A stretch of 64,000 nucleotides of DNA from Malacoraja senta (lineage: Eukaryota), in NCBI GenBank assembly GCA_038087875.1, contig JAXLNO010000575.1:186001-250000 (forward strand), given 5' to 3'. The translations under genes were made by a program, and so were the position numbers. How positions within the stretch are numbered: the stretch's first letter is position 1; each line of letters opens with the position of its first letter. Below, piece by piece: positions 49,431-62,085 of the stretch. Below the pieces are notes generated by a model. The model was given only the letters and a program-made list of their open reading frames with translations. It had not been told where the DNA came from and did not search any database.

Positions 49431-52400
49431 AAATTTTGTATGTGTACGTGACAAATAAACTTGACTTGACTTGAGTTACCACTGCCTTAAACATACCCAT
49501 TGACTTGGCCTCCACAGCCGTCTGTAGCAAATAATTCCACAGATTCATCAACCCTCTGACTAAAGAAATTTCTCCTCATCTCCTTCCTAAAGGAACGTCC
49601 TTTAATTCTGGGGCTGTGACCTCTGGTCCTAGACTCTCCCACTAGTGGAAACATCCTCTCCACATCCCACCTGCCCACACTGACCCATAACCTGCTAAAG
49701 CGATCTTAACCATGTACATGTCTAAATGGCCCTTAAAGGTTATGATCGCACTCTGCTTTTTTTTGTGTAAACCTGCATCTGCAGTTCCTCAGATGGGCAC
49801 AAAACATCTGTTGTTCCTTCTTTCTTTGGTCATTTTTCTCCCACCCTTCACTTGTCACTTTGCCAGAACCTCAGCAGGAATTAAGATGCAAACATGAGTC
49901 ATGTTTAACTTGGAAACATAGGTGCAAGAGTAGGCCATTCAGCCCTTTGAGTCAGCACCGCCATTCAATGTGATCATGGCTGATCATCCACAATCAGTAC
50001 CCCGTTCCTGCTTTTTCCCCATACCCCTTGATTCCTTAACATCCAGTGAATTGGCCTCCTCAGCCTTCTGTGACAGAGAATTCCACAGATTCGCAACTCT
50101 CTGGGTGAAGACATTTTTCTTCATCTCAGTCCTACATGGCCTACTCCTTATTCATAAACTGTGACCCCTGGTTCTGGACTCCCCCAACATGGGGAACATT
50201 TTTCCTGCATCTAACCTGTCCAATCCTTTAAGAATTTTGTATGTATAAGATCCCCTCTCGTCCTTCTAAATTCCAGTGAATACAAGCCCAGTCGACCCAT
50301 TCTTTCATCATCTGTCAGTCCCGCCATCCCGGGAATAAACCTGGTGAACTACGCTGCACTCCCTCAATAGCAAGGATATCCTTCCTCAAATTAGGAGACC
50401 AAAATTGCACACAATACTCCAGGTGCGGTCTCACTATGGCCCTGTACAACTGCAGTGGGACCTCCTTGCTCCTAAACTCAAATCCTCCCGAAATGAAGGC
50501 CAACATGCCATTAGCTTTCTTTACTGCCTGCTGTATCTGCATGCTTACTTTCAGTGACTGATGTACAAGCACACCCAGGTCTCGTTGCACCTCCCCTTTT
50601 CCTAAACTGACACCATTCAGATAATAATCTGCCTTTCTGTTGATGCCTCCAAAGAGGATAACCTCACATTTATCCACATTATACTGCATCTGCCATGCAT
50701 CTGCCCACTCACCCAACCTATCCAAGTCACCCTGCAGCCTCATAGCATCCTCCTCGCAACTCACACTGCCACCCAGCTTTATGTCATCTCCAAACTTGGA
50801 GATGTCATATTTAATTCCCTCATCTAAATCGTTAATATATATTGTAAATAACTGGGGTCCCAGCCCCGAGCCTTGCGGTACCCCACTAGTCACTGCCTTC
50901 CATTCTGAAAAGGACCCGTTATTTCCTACTCTTTGCTTCCTGTCTGCCAACCAGTTCTCTGTCCACGTCAATACCCTACCCCCAATACCATGTACTCTAA
51001 TTTTGCACACTAATCTCTTGTGTGGGACTTTGTCAAAGGCTATTTGAAAGTCCAGATACACCACATCCACTGGCTCTCCCTTGTCCATTCTACTTGTTAC
51101 GTCCTCAAAACAAGTGGAGTTACATTGGCTACCCTCCAGTCCACAGGAACTGAACCAGAGTCGAGAGAACATTGGAAAATGATCACCAATGCATCCACGA
51201 TTTCTTGGGCCACCTCCTTGAGTATTCTGGGATGCAGACCATCAGGCCCTTGGGATTTATCTGCCTTCAGTCTCAACAGTTTACAAAATACAATTTCAAT
51301 TCCTCCCTCCCACTAGATCCTCGGTCCCCTAGTATTTCTGGGAGATTGTTTGTGTCTTCCTTAAGGCAGAACCAAAGTACTTGTTTAACTGTTCAGCCAT
51401 TTCCTTGTTTCCCCATTATAAATTCGCCTGTCTCTGATTGTAAGGGACCTACATTTGCCTTCACTAATCTTTTCCATTTTACATATCTAAAGAAGCTTTT
51501 ACAGTCAGTTTTTATATTCCCCGCAAGCTTTCTTTCATGCTCTTTTCCCCCCTCTTGATTAACCCCTTTGTCTTCCTCTGTTGAGTTCCAAATTCCTCCC
51601 AGTCCTCTGGTTTGCTGCTTCCTCTGGCCAATTTATATGTCTCTTCCTTGGATTTTTTTTTTTTTTAATATTTATTTTATTAGAAGCAATTGTACAAGGA
51701 GAAAGTAATCAACATAACAATTATACAATTTTCAAACAGCTTCAGTTTTAACATTTTATAAACTGATAAGTGAATCGGAAAAAAGAAAAAAGGAAAGAAG
51801 GGCAAGGAAGAAGAAAGATACGAAAAAGAACGAAGAAAAACCGCTGAACTAACGAAGAAGTGAAAAAAATAGCGGAGATATGTCCCACTATCCTTTCCTA
51901 CACCCGCTCACCCGACCCTAGCGTCGGTTTTGAATTTGTGTTCAACCATTCTGTTGTTGAAGAAATTCAATGAAAGGAGACCATATTTTGGAAAATTGAT
52001 CTGATTTGTCAGACAAAGCAAGCCTGATTTTTTCTAACTGTAGTGTCTCGGTCATTTCTGTGATCCACATCTTCACTGTGGGAACTGTTATCCTTTTCCA
52101 GAATTTAAGTATAAGTTTTTTCGCAGTTATTAAACCGTAGTCAAGGAAACATCTTTGGAATATCGTTAACTTAGGGCAGCCCTCTGACATTCCTACTATT
52201 ATTAATTTTACTTCGGAGTCACGTGAGTGATTCCGTGAAGAACCCCGCCAGTCCGCATGCGTGTCTTTACGTCTGACGCATGGTGCAGCGACCGGCTGGG
52301 AGGAGCATCGCTCCTCCAGCGGTAAGTATTAAAAACCCTCAGGTAAGTGTAAAACTTAGTCGGAGGTCGTTTTCTGCGCTTGGTAATTCTTGTTTCAGGA

Positions 52401-54034
52401 GCAAGTTTGAGTATGGAGAAAGCGTCGAGGGTGAAGTCAAGGCGAGCCGCCGGGAGAGTAGCTATGGAAGGCCGCGGGAGTGCGGGTAGCGGGCGGCCGC
52501 CTAGCTCACCTACCGAGCCGCTAGCAGTACGACCAGCGACTGCAGACTTGGTGTCTGAGAGCACCGTGGCTGCACCTTTGGGGCGGAAAGCCATTAAAAA
52601 GTCTGCACGGCCAGTTGACTCGGACGAGTCGGGCCGGGAGGATTCCCCTCCGGTAATGGATAACAGATTTGGACGGTTGTCCAGGATGGAGTTCCTAATG
52701 GAGAGGATGTTCCACCAAGATACACTCCAACAGGAGGAGTTGTGTCAGCGCCGGCCTCTTCGAGAGCCCGCGCCAGCGGCACCTGTGTCAGGGCTGCTTA
52801 ATGTCTCCCTCTTGGAGGAGGAGATCATGCGGGGTCAGTATTATTCTGACGCCGAGTCTGTGGGTTTAGCCGTGGAGCATACCCCAAGGGATGAAGGGCA
52901 CGAGTCAGAGGTACCATTCCTAGCAGCAAGGTTTGCTATCCCAACAGAATCAGGAGAACCGCTGGGTGAAGAGTTGGCCGCAAGTATTAATTACTTGGCT
53001 TCACATCAGCTTCAAGAGCTTACTATGGATTAAACGTCCAAGAAGTACGAGACCCCGGCTAATTGTGTCCTGCTGTGAACCACGCCATCTGGGGTCATAT
53101 GGGCGTAAGCATCAGAGCTCAGGAAATGAGGCTTCAGAGGGTGCTGAAGCTGCTTGCCTCAGGCATGACAGCGTTCGCCAGGTCGGTGGATGGAGGGCAC
53201 CTGTCTGATGTACAGCAGGATGCCCTGGCCCTCATGTGCAATGCACACTTCGAGATAACTTGTCTGAGAAAGAGCGCCATCCGCCCTAACATCATCACGA
53301 AGTTCGCCGCTCTGTGCAAACCCAGCAATATCCAGCCACCGAATCTGCTGTTTGGTGAAGACCTCGCAAAAAGAGTCAAGGAGCTGGACGACGAGCGAAG
53401 AACGGTCGGACTCATCAAAGCACAAATCACCAGCAGAACACTTCGGCGGCAGTATCCCTACAAACGGTTTGCTGAAACCGGGTCAGGTCAAGGACCAAGC
53501 CGGCCATTCACAAATATGCGCAGCTGGCGCACTCCAACAGGGGCACGGGCGAACATGTCCTTTCCCACCAGAAACAGGGGACAGAAAATTCCACCGGTAA
53601 CCATGGATGTAGGTGGGTCTGGTTCTTGTCGGAACATATTAAGTGGGAATCACTTACAAGTTGGGGGGAGATTACACTTGTTTCTGAAGGAATGGTATGG
53701 GATAACATCAGATTTGTTTATACTGCGCAGTATACAAGGGTTTCGAATTGAATTCCTTCCCAATTTGCATCCACCCATACAGCATACACCAAGTCGGGCA
53801 CTCATTTTCTCACAAAAAGAGAATTTGGAGGTTCAAGCTGAAATTGAAAAGTTATATAAAAAGGGGTAATTGAGAAGGCTAAAAAGGGGTTATTCGTGTC
53901 TAATATTTTTCCTGGGTCAAAGAAGGATGGGGGTGTCGAATCATCCTTGACTTGACGAGCCTTAATCCTTTTGTGTAGTATAAATATTTAAAAATGGAAA
54001 CATTTGTTACTGCCAAACAACTGATTTCCAGAGG

Positions 54035-54040
<6 letters not shown>

Positions 54041-54072
<32 letters not shown>

Positions 54073-54278
54073 ATTTTATTTATATAGCACTTTTCAGGAC
54101 TCAAAGTCGCTTTACATTGAGAGTCAAGAATAAACAAAACAAAATAGAGCAGTAAGACAGAGATGCAAAGGGGAGGGGAACATGGGACTAAGGGTATGCA
54201 GAGGTGAAGAGATGGGTCTTGAGGCGGGACTGGAAGATGGTGAGGGACTCAGAATTTCGGATCAGTTGTGGGAGGGAA
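54041..54278 (-). mobile_element. Short L2-clade 3' fragment inserted in the DIRS RT
   Basis: (TTA)n tail, tgtaaagcgactttgagtcctgaaaagtgctatataaataaa 3' motif, flanked by atatat; RT resumes at YMACIDLKDAY. Confidence 0.75.
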
Positions 54279-55754
54279 TATATATGGCATGTATAGATCT
54301 TAAGGATGCATATTACTCAGTGCCTGTTCATAGGGTTCATCAGAGATATTTGAAATTTAGCTGGATGAGGCAATGATGGCAATGTAAAGCACTGCCCAAT
54401 GGGTTAACCTCAGCCCCTAGATTATTTACAAAACTGTTAATACCAGTACTGGGGCTACTCCGGGCTCAGGGTCATATTGTAATGGCTTATTTGGATAATA
54501 TATTAATCATAGGAAAAACTCAAAGCAGCTGAATTATCTGTTTCAGTTTGAGAGATTGGGGTTTCTCATTCATCCAGTTAAATCCAAATTGATACCAGTT
54601 AGAGTTATTGATTATTTGGGATTCACTATTAACTCAACTCACATGTTAGTGACTCTGCCCAGGGGCAAGAGATTAGATTTAATTGAAGGCTGTAACAAGC
54701 TCATGGTGGAGCAACAACCTTCAATTAGACAGGTGGCCAGCTTGATTGGCAAATTAGTGGCTGCCTTTCCAGCTGCACAGTTTGGACCTTTGCATTACCA
54801 ACATTTACAACGTGCAAAGGACCAGGAACTCAGGATACATGCAGGTCATTTTGACAGGCCCATGCAATTACCAGCTGAAGCCATTGCTGAAGTGCAGTGG
54901 TGGATAATGAACATCTCAAGTTGCTCCAGCAAAATTCTGGTTGAGGAACCTTCAGTTGTCTTACAGACTGATGTTAGTGCCCTAGGTTGAGGTGCTACTG
55001 ATACCATCTCTAGCTGTGGAGGCAGATGGAATATGCATGAGGTATTTATTCTTCAATCACATGGGATTAACTATTTAGAGCTATTGGGAGCATTTTATGG
55101 GCTTAAGGCTTATTGCACTACTAAGCGTCACTTGCATGTTCAGCTTCAGATTGACAACACTACGCAGTGGCGTATGTTAATCACATGGGTGGTATCAAGT
55201 CGGAATCTTGTGATAGATTGGCTAATCTTATTTGGCACTGGTGTATTACAAGAAACATTTGGGTTTCAGCTATCTACCTACCAGGTAGGTTCAACATGGT
55301 GGCAGACACCAGGTCACGCAAATTCAATGACAACACAGAATGGATGTTGAATCATGATGTATTTAATGATATTGTTGTTCAGTATGGGATGCCAGATATC
55401 GATTTGTTTGCATCCAGACTCAATCACCAGTTACCTAAGTATGTTTCATGGGAACCAGACCCAGGGGCAGTAGCGGTAGATGCATTCTCGCTACACTGGG
55501 GTGGAATGTTTTTATATGCATTTCCCCCATTTTGCCTCATCAGTCGGTGCTTGCTCAAGATCAAGCAGGACTCCGCCTCAGGAGTTTTGGTGGTACCCGA
55601 CTGGCCTGCACAGCCATGGTTCCCTCTCGTTTTGGAGATAATAACACAGCCTCCTATGGCTGTCCCGAAACATAGTGACCTACTGGTGCACCCTGTAACT
55701 GGGGATCAACATCCATTATATGACCGTATTGATCTGTTAATTTGCAGATCCTGA

Positions 55755-56724
55755 GGAGGCCATACCTGGGGCTTGGACTATCTGATCGCACCGTGGATGT
55801 GATCACTGCGGCCTGGAGTGATAGTACTAAAAACAGTACATCTCTCATGTCAGGAAATGGGAGGTGTTCTGCTTACGGGGGAACATTACATATCACACGG
55901 CATGCATCTCAGATGTGCTAAAATTTCTGTCAACACTATATTTTGATGAAGGGTTGAGCTATAGTGCCATCAATAGTGCCAGGAGTGCCCTGTCATCATA
56001 CTTATGGCTGGGGTCGGAACAACATTCTGTTGGATCTCACCCTTTAATATCCCGGTTTATGAAGGGTATTTTTAATTCCAATCCCCCCAGGCCCAGGTAT
56101 TCTGAAATCGGGGATGTGAGTGTGGTACTCACGCTGCTTCGCCAGTGGGCTCCAGCCACATCCCTGTCTTTGCCCAAAATCACCCTTAAGGTGGTCATGC
56201 TCATGGCGCTGGTTTCAGCGCAACGGGTCCAGATGTTGCAGAAGCTGCGACTGGACAGGATGGTATCATCTGGAAATAACATTACGTTTTACATTTATGA
56301 TTTAATTAAGCAGAGCAGACCAGGGGTGTCAGGGTTCAAGCTTATTTTTTAGGCATACCCCACGGATTTACGACTGTGTGTAGTGTCGCACTTTCAATAT
56401 TATATCAAGGTCACCAAGAGCCTCAGAGGTTCGGAATCAGCATTATTTATTAGCCACAAAAAGCCACATATGAAAGTGTCGGTTCAGACCATTTCAAGGT
56501 GGCTGAAACAGGTTCTGGTTTGTGCAGGAGTAGACACTGACAATTTTAAATCTCACTCCACCAGGGCGGCATCAACGTCAGCAGCGAGGGCAATGGACGT
56601 CCCTCTCGACCATATCCTCGCGGCCGCAGGATGGTCAAATGAACTGACTTTTCAAAGGTTCTATAACAAACCGCTTACCGAACCGGGGGTGTTCGCCCAT
56701 TCTATTTTAAGTTCTGTTTCATAG
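55755..56724 (+). pseudogene. DIRS tyrosine recombinase
   Basis: ORFs 55864-56352 and 56383-56724 share a frame, separated by a TAG; R...HxxR...W...Y catalytic set. Confidence 0.88.
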
Positions 56725-58489
56725 CTTCCCCCTGGGAGAGAGGGGTCGCTATTGTTTTTCTTTGTTAAATAAACCATTAACAGATTAAAATCAATGCCAT
56801 GATTCAATGAATTGTTTATTATTCACTCATCCTGAGTCAATTGATGCAGTGAGACGCCTGGATTCGTATCTACGGCATGAAATCACAGAGCTTTGAAATC
56901 TTCACGGAACCACTCACGTGACTCCGAAGTAAAATAGTAAGATTAAATGAGAACTTACCAGTTTGAAGTTTGATCTTTATTTTATGAGGAGTTACGATGA
57001 GCGATTACGTGCCCACAGCTCCCAACCCTCATATCACAAAGGTCATCTGGTAGTTCTAGGTTTCTAATCTTACTATGTTACTTCAATTACTGTTATCTGT
57101 GATTTCACACCGCGGGGTTCTTCACGTAATCGCTCATCGTAACTCATAAAATAAAGATCAAACTTCAAACTGGTAAGTTCTCATTTAATCTTACTATTTT
57201 GAATCTGACTACAATTGAATTTTGAGAGTTTTAGAAATGGTATTGAATATTCCCATCCAGAAATGTTGTATTTTTATACAGTATATGAAATAATGGGTTA
57301 GGGTAGCTTCTTGGAGGTGACATTTATCACAGAGAGGGGAGACAGTTGGGAAGATCTTGTTCAATTTGGTCTTTGAGTAGTATAACCTATGCAATACTTT
57401 GAATTGTATCAGGCAATGCCTGGCATTTAAAGAACAGTAATGTATGTATAATAGGCTTTCCTCCCATATATCTTTTGAAATGGGTAAACCCAGCTCGTTC
57501 TCCCATGCTCGCCTGTAAATCTCAGAAGGTGGGGTATCAATATTTAGAAGAGTGTTATAAATGTAAGATATCAACTTACTTGTATCGGCATGTCTATTCA
57601 AACAATCGTCTAATATATCTGGACCCATAAGAGGACAGTCTTGTGTATATGTTTTCACATAATCTTGGATTTGAAGGTATCTAAAATAATTGTTGGCGTT
57701 CAAGTAATATTTCTCCTGTAGTTCTGGAAAAGAAGAGAGAATCCCCTTCTTATAGAGGTCTCCCACAGTATTGATTCCCAGGTTCTTCCATTGAATAAAC
57801 ACCATGTCTAAAGTAGACGGTTTAAACGAGGGATTGTTTGCAATAGGAAGAAGGAGAGACATGTTTCTCAATTTAAGACTGAATTTCAACTGTTTCCAGG
57901 CCTCTGCCTTGGATATAACACTATCCTTGACTTCCTTCGTCAGCCACGGTTGAGCCGCCTTCCCTGTTTTATTTTTTCGCCCGACAGGGATGGACAATTT
58001 CTGGAGTTCATCCATGCGATCTTTAAATCTTTGCCATTGCATCTCCACCGTCAACCCTTTAAATATAATTTGCCAGTCTGTCCGAGCCAATTCCCGTCTC
58101 ATGCCTTCAAAGTCTCCTTTCTTTAAGTTCAGGACCCTAGTCTCTGAATTAACCGGGTCACTCTCCATCATAATGCAGAGTTCCACCATATTATGTTCAC
58201 TGTTGCCCAAGGGGCTCTGCACAACAAGATCACTAACTCATCCTTCCTCATTACACAATTGATAAAGGCAGTATCATTTGCTGAACCACTTCTGCTTTCT
58301 CTCACTTGAAGACTCACCCTCCACCTCTCCCCTCTCTCCAAAACGTAATGAATTGTTCTCGTTGAGCGCTGTTGGTTTTGTCTTCCTGAGGCTTGGCGTC
58401 TTGTAGAGACGATCGCGTCCTTTCAACTGGCAGGTAAAGTCTTTTATTCACTCGCGTTTACATTAAACTCTCTCACGTCGGGTTGCATC

Positions 58490-58960
58490 ACAACACGGTT
58501 TGGGAACAGCTCCATCCAAAACCGCGAGATATTGCAGAGAATTGTGGACGTAGCCCAGACCATCACACAAACCAATCTCCCTTCCATTGACTCCATCTAC
58601 ACCTCATGCTGCCTCGGCAAGGCCAGCAGCATAATCAAGGACCAGTCTCACCCCGATCACTCCCTCTTCTCCCCTCTCCTATCAGGCAAGGGGTACAGAA
58701 GTGTGAAAACGCACACCTCCAGATACAGGGACCAGTTTCTTCCCGGCTGTTATCAGGCAACTGAACCGTCCTCTCACCAACTAGAGAGCAGTCCTGACCT
58801 CCCATCTACCTCATTGGAGACCCTCGGACTATCTTTAATTGGACTTTACTGGACTAAACATTAGTCTCTTAATTGTAATCATGTGTAGTCTTTCCACTGA
58901 CTGGATAGCACGCAACAAAAACGTTTTTCACAGTACCTCAGTACACGTTACAATAAACTA
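58490..58960 (+). mobile_element. Rex1/Babar-type LINE 3' fragment
   Basis: LQRIVDVAQTITQTNLPSIDSIY...HPDHSLFSPLLSGKGYRSVKTHTSRYRD. Confidence 0.75.
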
Positions 58961-59289
58961 ACTAACATCTGAAGAAGGGTCCCGACCCGAAATGTCGTCT
59001 GTCCATTCCAACCACAGATGTTGATACAAGGAATAAAGGTGCTTGTAGAAACAGTAGACACAAAGTTGTGGAGTAACTCAGCGGGTCAGGCAGCATCTGT
59101 GGAGAACATGGATAGGTGACGTTTCACAGAGTGCTGGAGTAACTCAGCGGGCCAGGCAGCATCTGTGGAGAACATGGATAGGTGACGTTTCACAGAGTGC
59201 TGGAGTAACTCAGCGGGTCAGGCAGCATCAGTGGAGAACATGGATAGGTGATGTTTCACAGAGTGCTGGAGTAACTCCATAAAGATCAC

Positions 59290-59880
59290 AGTCGCTGAGG
59301 TTAGTGATGTGCAGTGTTCAACAGACTGATGGTTGCTGGGAAGAAGCTGTTCTTGAACCTGGAGGTCACGTTTTTCAGGCTCCTGTACCTTCTTCCCGAT
59401 AGTCGCAGCGTGATGAGAGCATGGCCAGGGTGGTGTGGGTCTCTGATGATGCTGGCTGCCTTTTTGAGGCAGCGCCTCCTCTAGATCCCTTCGATGGTGG
59501 GGTCAGTACTGTGATGGACCTTCGATGGTGGGGTCAGTACTGTGATGGACCTTCGATGGTGGGGAGGTCAGTACTGTGATGGACCTTCGATGGTGGGGTC
59601 AGTACTGTGATGGACCTTCGATGGTGGGGAGGTCAGTACTGTGATGGACATTCGATGGTGGGGAGGTCAGTACTGTGATGGACATTCGATGGTGGGGAGG
59701 TCAGTACTGTGATGGACATTCGATGGTGTGGAGGTCAGTACTGTGATGGACCGGGCAGTGTCCACCACTCACTGTAGTCTCCTTCGTTCCTGGGCGTTTG
59801 AGTTGCTGAACCAGGCCATGATGCAACCCATCAGTCTGCTTCCTACTGTACACGTGTAGAAGTTCAATAGAGTATTCGTC
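59290..59880 (-). mobile_element. Rex1/Babar-type LINE fragment with an internal 30-34-bp tandem expansion (~59488-59750)
   Basis: GCIMAWFSNSNAQERRRLQ; repeat ccttcgatggtggggaggtcagtactgtgatgga x~8. Confidence 0.7.
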
Positions 59881-61242
59881 ACGTTGCAAAAGAGGTGGTC
59901 ATAGATTAATGCTGCAGGGTAGTTTGTACCGATCTGATGCGCATTGCTTGCAAGTTCATAAGTCATAGCAACAGGTTCCACCAGTGGGGGAGTCTGGAAC
60001 CGGAGGCCGAAGCAAAAAGGAGATGAGGACGAACTTCTTTAGTCAGGGTCACAGAGTCATAGAGTGATACATCATGGAAACAAATGTATCTTGCCCACAC
60101 CGGCCAACATGTCCCAGCTACACTAGTCCCACCTGTCTGCGTTTGGTCCATATCCCCACATCATCTTAAACCTATGTCCTCTGGTCCTCGATTCACCTAC
60201 TCTGGGCAACAGACTCTGTGCATCTACCCGATCTATTCCTCTCATGATTTCATACAGAAGGTGGTGGATCTGTGGAATTAATTCCCACAGACTGCTGTGG
60301 AGGCCAAGTTGGAGTATGATAGATTCTTGATTAGTACGGGTGTCAGGGGTTATGGGGAGAAGGCAGGAGAATGGGGTTAGGAGGGAGAGATAGAATGGTG
60401 GAGTAAACATGATGGGCCGAATGGCCTAATTCTGCTCCTGGAACTTATGAAATTAATGGCTCTGTTTAAGAAGGAAGTGCTGATGTTGGTAAAATTGAAG
60501 GTAGACAAAAATTATGGAGAAACTCAGCAGTTGAGGCAGCATCTATGGAGCGAAGGAATAGGTGATGTTTCGGATCGAGACCCTTCTTCAGACTGATCAT
60601 GGTTCTGGTCAGTTGTAAAATTGTCCCTAGTGTGTAGGATAGTGCTAGTTTATGGGGTGATCACCGGTCGGGACGGGCTGAACGGCCTGTTTCCGTGCTG
60701 TATCTCTAAAATGTATAGTTTAAAGCCTAATGAAATAATGGTTTAAAGTCCCAAATAACGCATTTCATTTGCTGAAGATTGACACAAAATGGTGGAGTAA
60801 CTCAGCGGGACAGGCAACATCTCTGGAGAGAAGGAATGGGTGATGGTTCAGGTTGAGACCCTTCTTCAGACTGGGAGTCAGGGGAGAGGGATAGAGATAT
60901 GGAAGGGTAAGGTGTGAAAATACAGATCAAAGGGGACTGTGGTCAAGGAGATGTAGAAGGGGAAGTTGACAACGAGGCTTACAATCAGTAATATTTAATC
61001 AGGAGGACAGCGGAACTAGTGGGAGAACTAGGGTGGGGGAGTGATGCTGAGTTACAGAGTCACAGAGTGATACAGCATGGAAACAGGCCCTTCGGCCCAA
61101 CTTGCCCACACCAGCCAACACGTCCCATTTACACTAGTCCCACCTGCCTGCGTTTGGTCCATATCTCTCCAAACCTGTCCTGTCCATTACTCCAGCATTT
61201 TGTGTCTATCTTTGGTGTAAACCAGCATCTGCAGTTCCTTCC

Positions 61243-61290
61243 TACACATGGCATCACCAAACACCCAGCCAGACACAGCGTCCACTGCCC
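61243..61290 (-). pseudogene. 48-bp relic of a CXCR1/2-like coding sequence
   Basis: 46/48 identity to 22725-22772, encoding AVDAVSGWVFGDAMC, flanked on both sides by repeats. Confidence 0.75.
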
Positions 61291-61299
61291 GGCTCGTGG

Positions 61300-61605
61300 G
61301 CAGCACGGTGGCGCAGCAGGTAGAGCTACTGCTTTACAGCGCCAAGACCCCGGGTTAGATCCTCACCACGGGTGCTGTCTGTACAGAGTTTGTACGTTCT
61401 CCCCGTGACCTGCGTGGGTTTTCTCCGAGATCTTCGGTTTCCTCCCACACTCCAAAGACGTGCAGGTTTGTACATTAATTGGCTTGGTGTAAATGTAAAT
61501 TGTCCCTAGTGTGTGCAAGGTAGTGTTAATGTGCGGGGATCGCCGGTCGGTGCAGATTCGGTGGGCCGAAGGGCCTGTACCCATGCTGTATCTCTAAAGT
61601 CTAAA
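61300..61605 (+). mobile_element. HE1-like V-SINE
   Basis: A box, degenerate B box, V-domain, CR1-derived tail gggccgaagggcctg...tgtatctctaaa. Further copies lie at ~24530-24670, 45295-45500 and 46470-47180. Confidence 0.85.
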
Positions 61606-62085
61606 GTATAGCACACCAATGCCTCTACTTCCTTAGTAGCCTAAGAATATTTGTCATGTCTCTAACACTGTATCATAGAGTCACAGAGTCACAGAGTGAT
61701 ACATCGTGAAGCAGGCCTTTCGGTTTGGGTGGCCAACTTTCTCACTCCCAAATAAGGGACAAAAGGTCAAAATAAGGAACAAATTCCCGACGGCAATTCG
61801 TTGACTGACTCGGCCGTGGCTGGGTGAATGATGAGCTGGCCTGGGCCATGCAACGTCGCGCGCAAAGTCTGCCGCCAAGTCCAACCCATGAACCGAGGAG
61901 GGGTGGTAGTGGTGTCGGCGGTAAGCGAAGGTCCGAAGGTCGGACAGCTGGCCGGGCTGTCGACCGACCGACGGGGCCACGGGCGAGGCGCTGCTGCTGC
62001 ACTCCATGGGCTGCACTACGTCGGGACGGGGTGCGGCGGGGCCGGACGCGGTGCTCCAACCCGACACTCCCCTCGACCCGAGTAG

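Larger units (their letters stand above)
52205..57200 (+). mobile_element. DIRS1-type tyrosine-recombinase retrotransposon, full length, coding regions degenerate
   Basis: gag-like (~52413-53600), RT (IDLKDAYYSVP, AYLDN), RNase H (INYLELL), methyltransferase-like (IDLFASRLN, DAFSLHW, YAFPPF) and YR (HSTRAASTS, AAGWS..TFQRFY). ITRs and an internal complementary region are present. Confidence 0.95.
51654..57901 (-). mobile_element. 5'-truncated L1 (51654-52204 plus 57201-57901) split by DIRS
   Basis: Poly(T) at 51654; ORF2 C-terminus on both sides of DIRS; 13-bp TSD ctct(t/g)ccttggat at 51641-51653 and 57902-57914. Confidence 0.88.
49915..58258 (-). mobile_element. CR1 LINE split into 49915-51653 and 57902-58258 by an L1 insertion
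   Basis: The halves rejoin in frame as PWLTKEVKDSVISKEETYKLARGSSKPEDW; RT ORF 50315-51172. Confidence 0.88.

Noticed and set aside
49808..49900. Strong polypyrimidine tract plus AG on the plus strand
   Set aside because: No convincing exon or partner exons found.
55330..55754. DNA methyltransferase-like ORF next to a tyrosine recombinase, as a prokaryotic or horizontally acquired module
   Set aside because: Both are standard parts of DIRS1 elements and lie within the DIRS termini.
57209..58222. 337-aa ORF as a novel gene
   Set aside because: Chance in-frame junction of CR1 ORF2 and L1 ORF2 at the L1 insertion point.
61720..62085. CpG-rich block starting gggtggccaac, a possible hAT-type transposon end or CpG-island exon
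   Set aside because: No matching second terminus, TSD or credible ORF is visible, so it cannot be classified.
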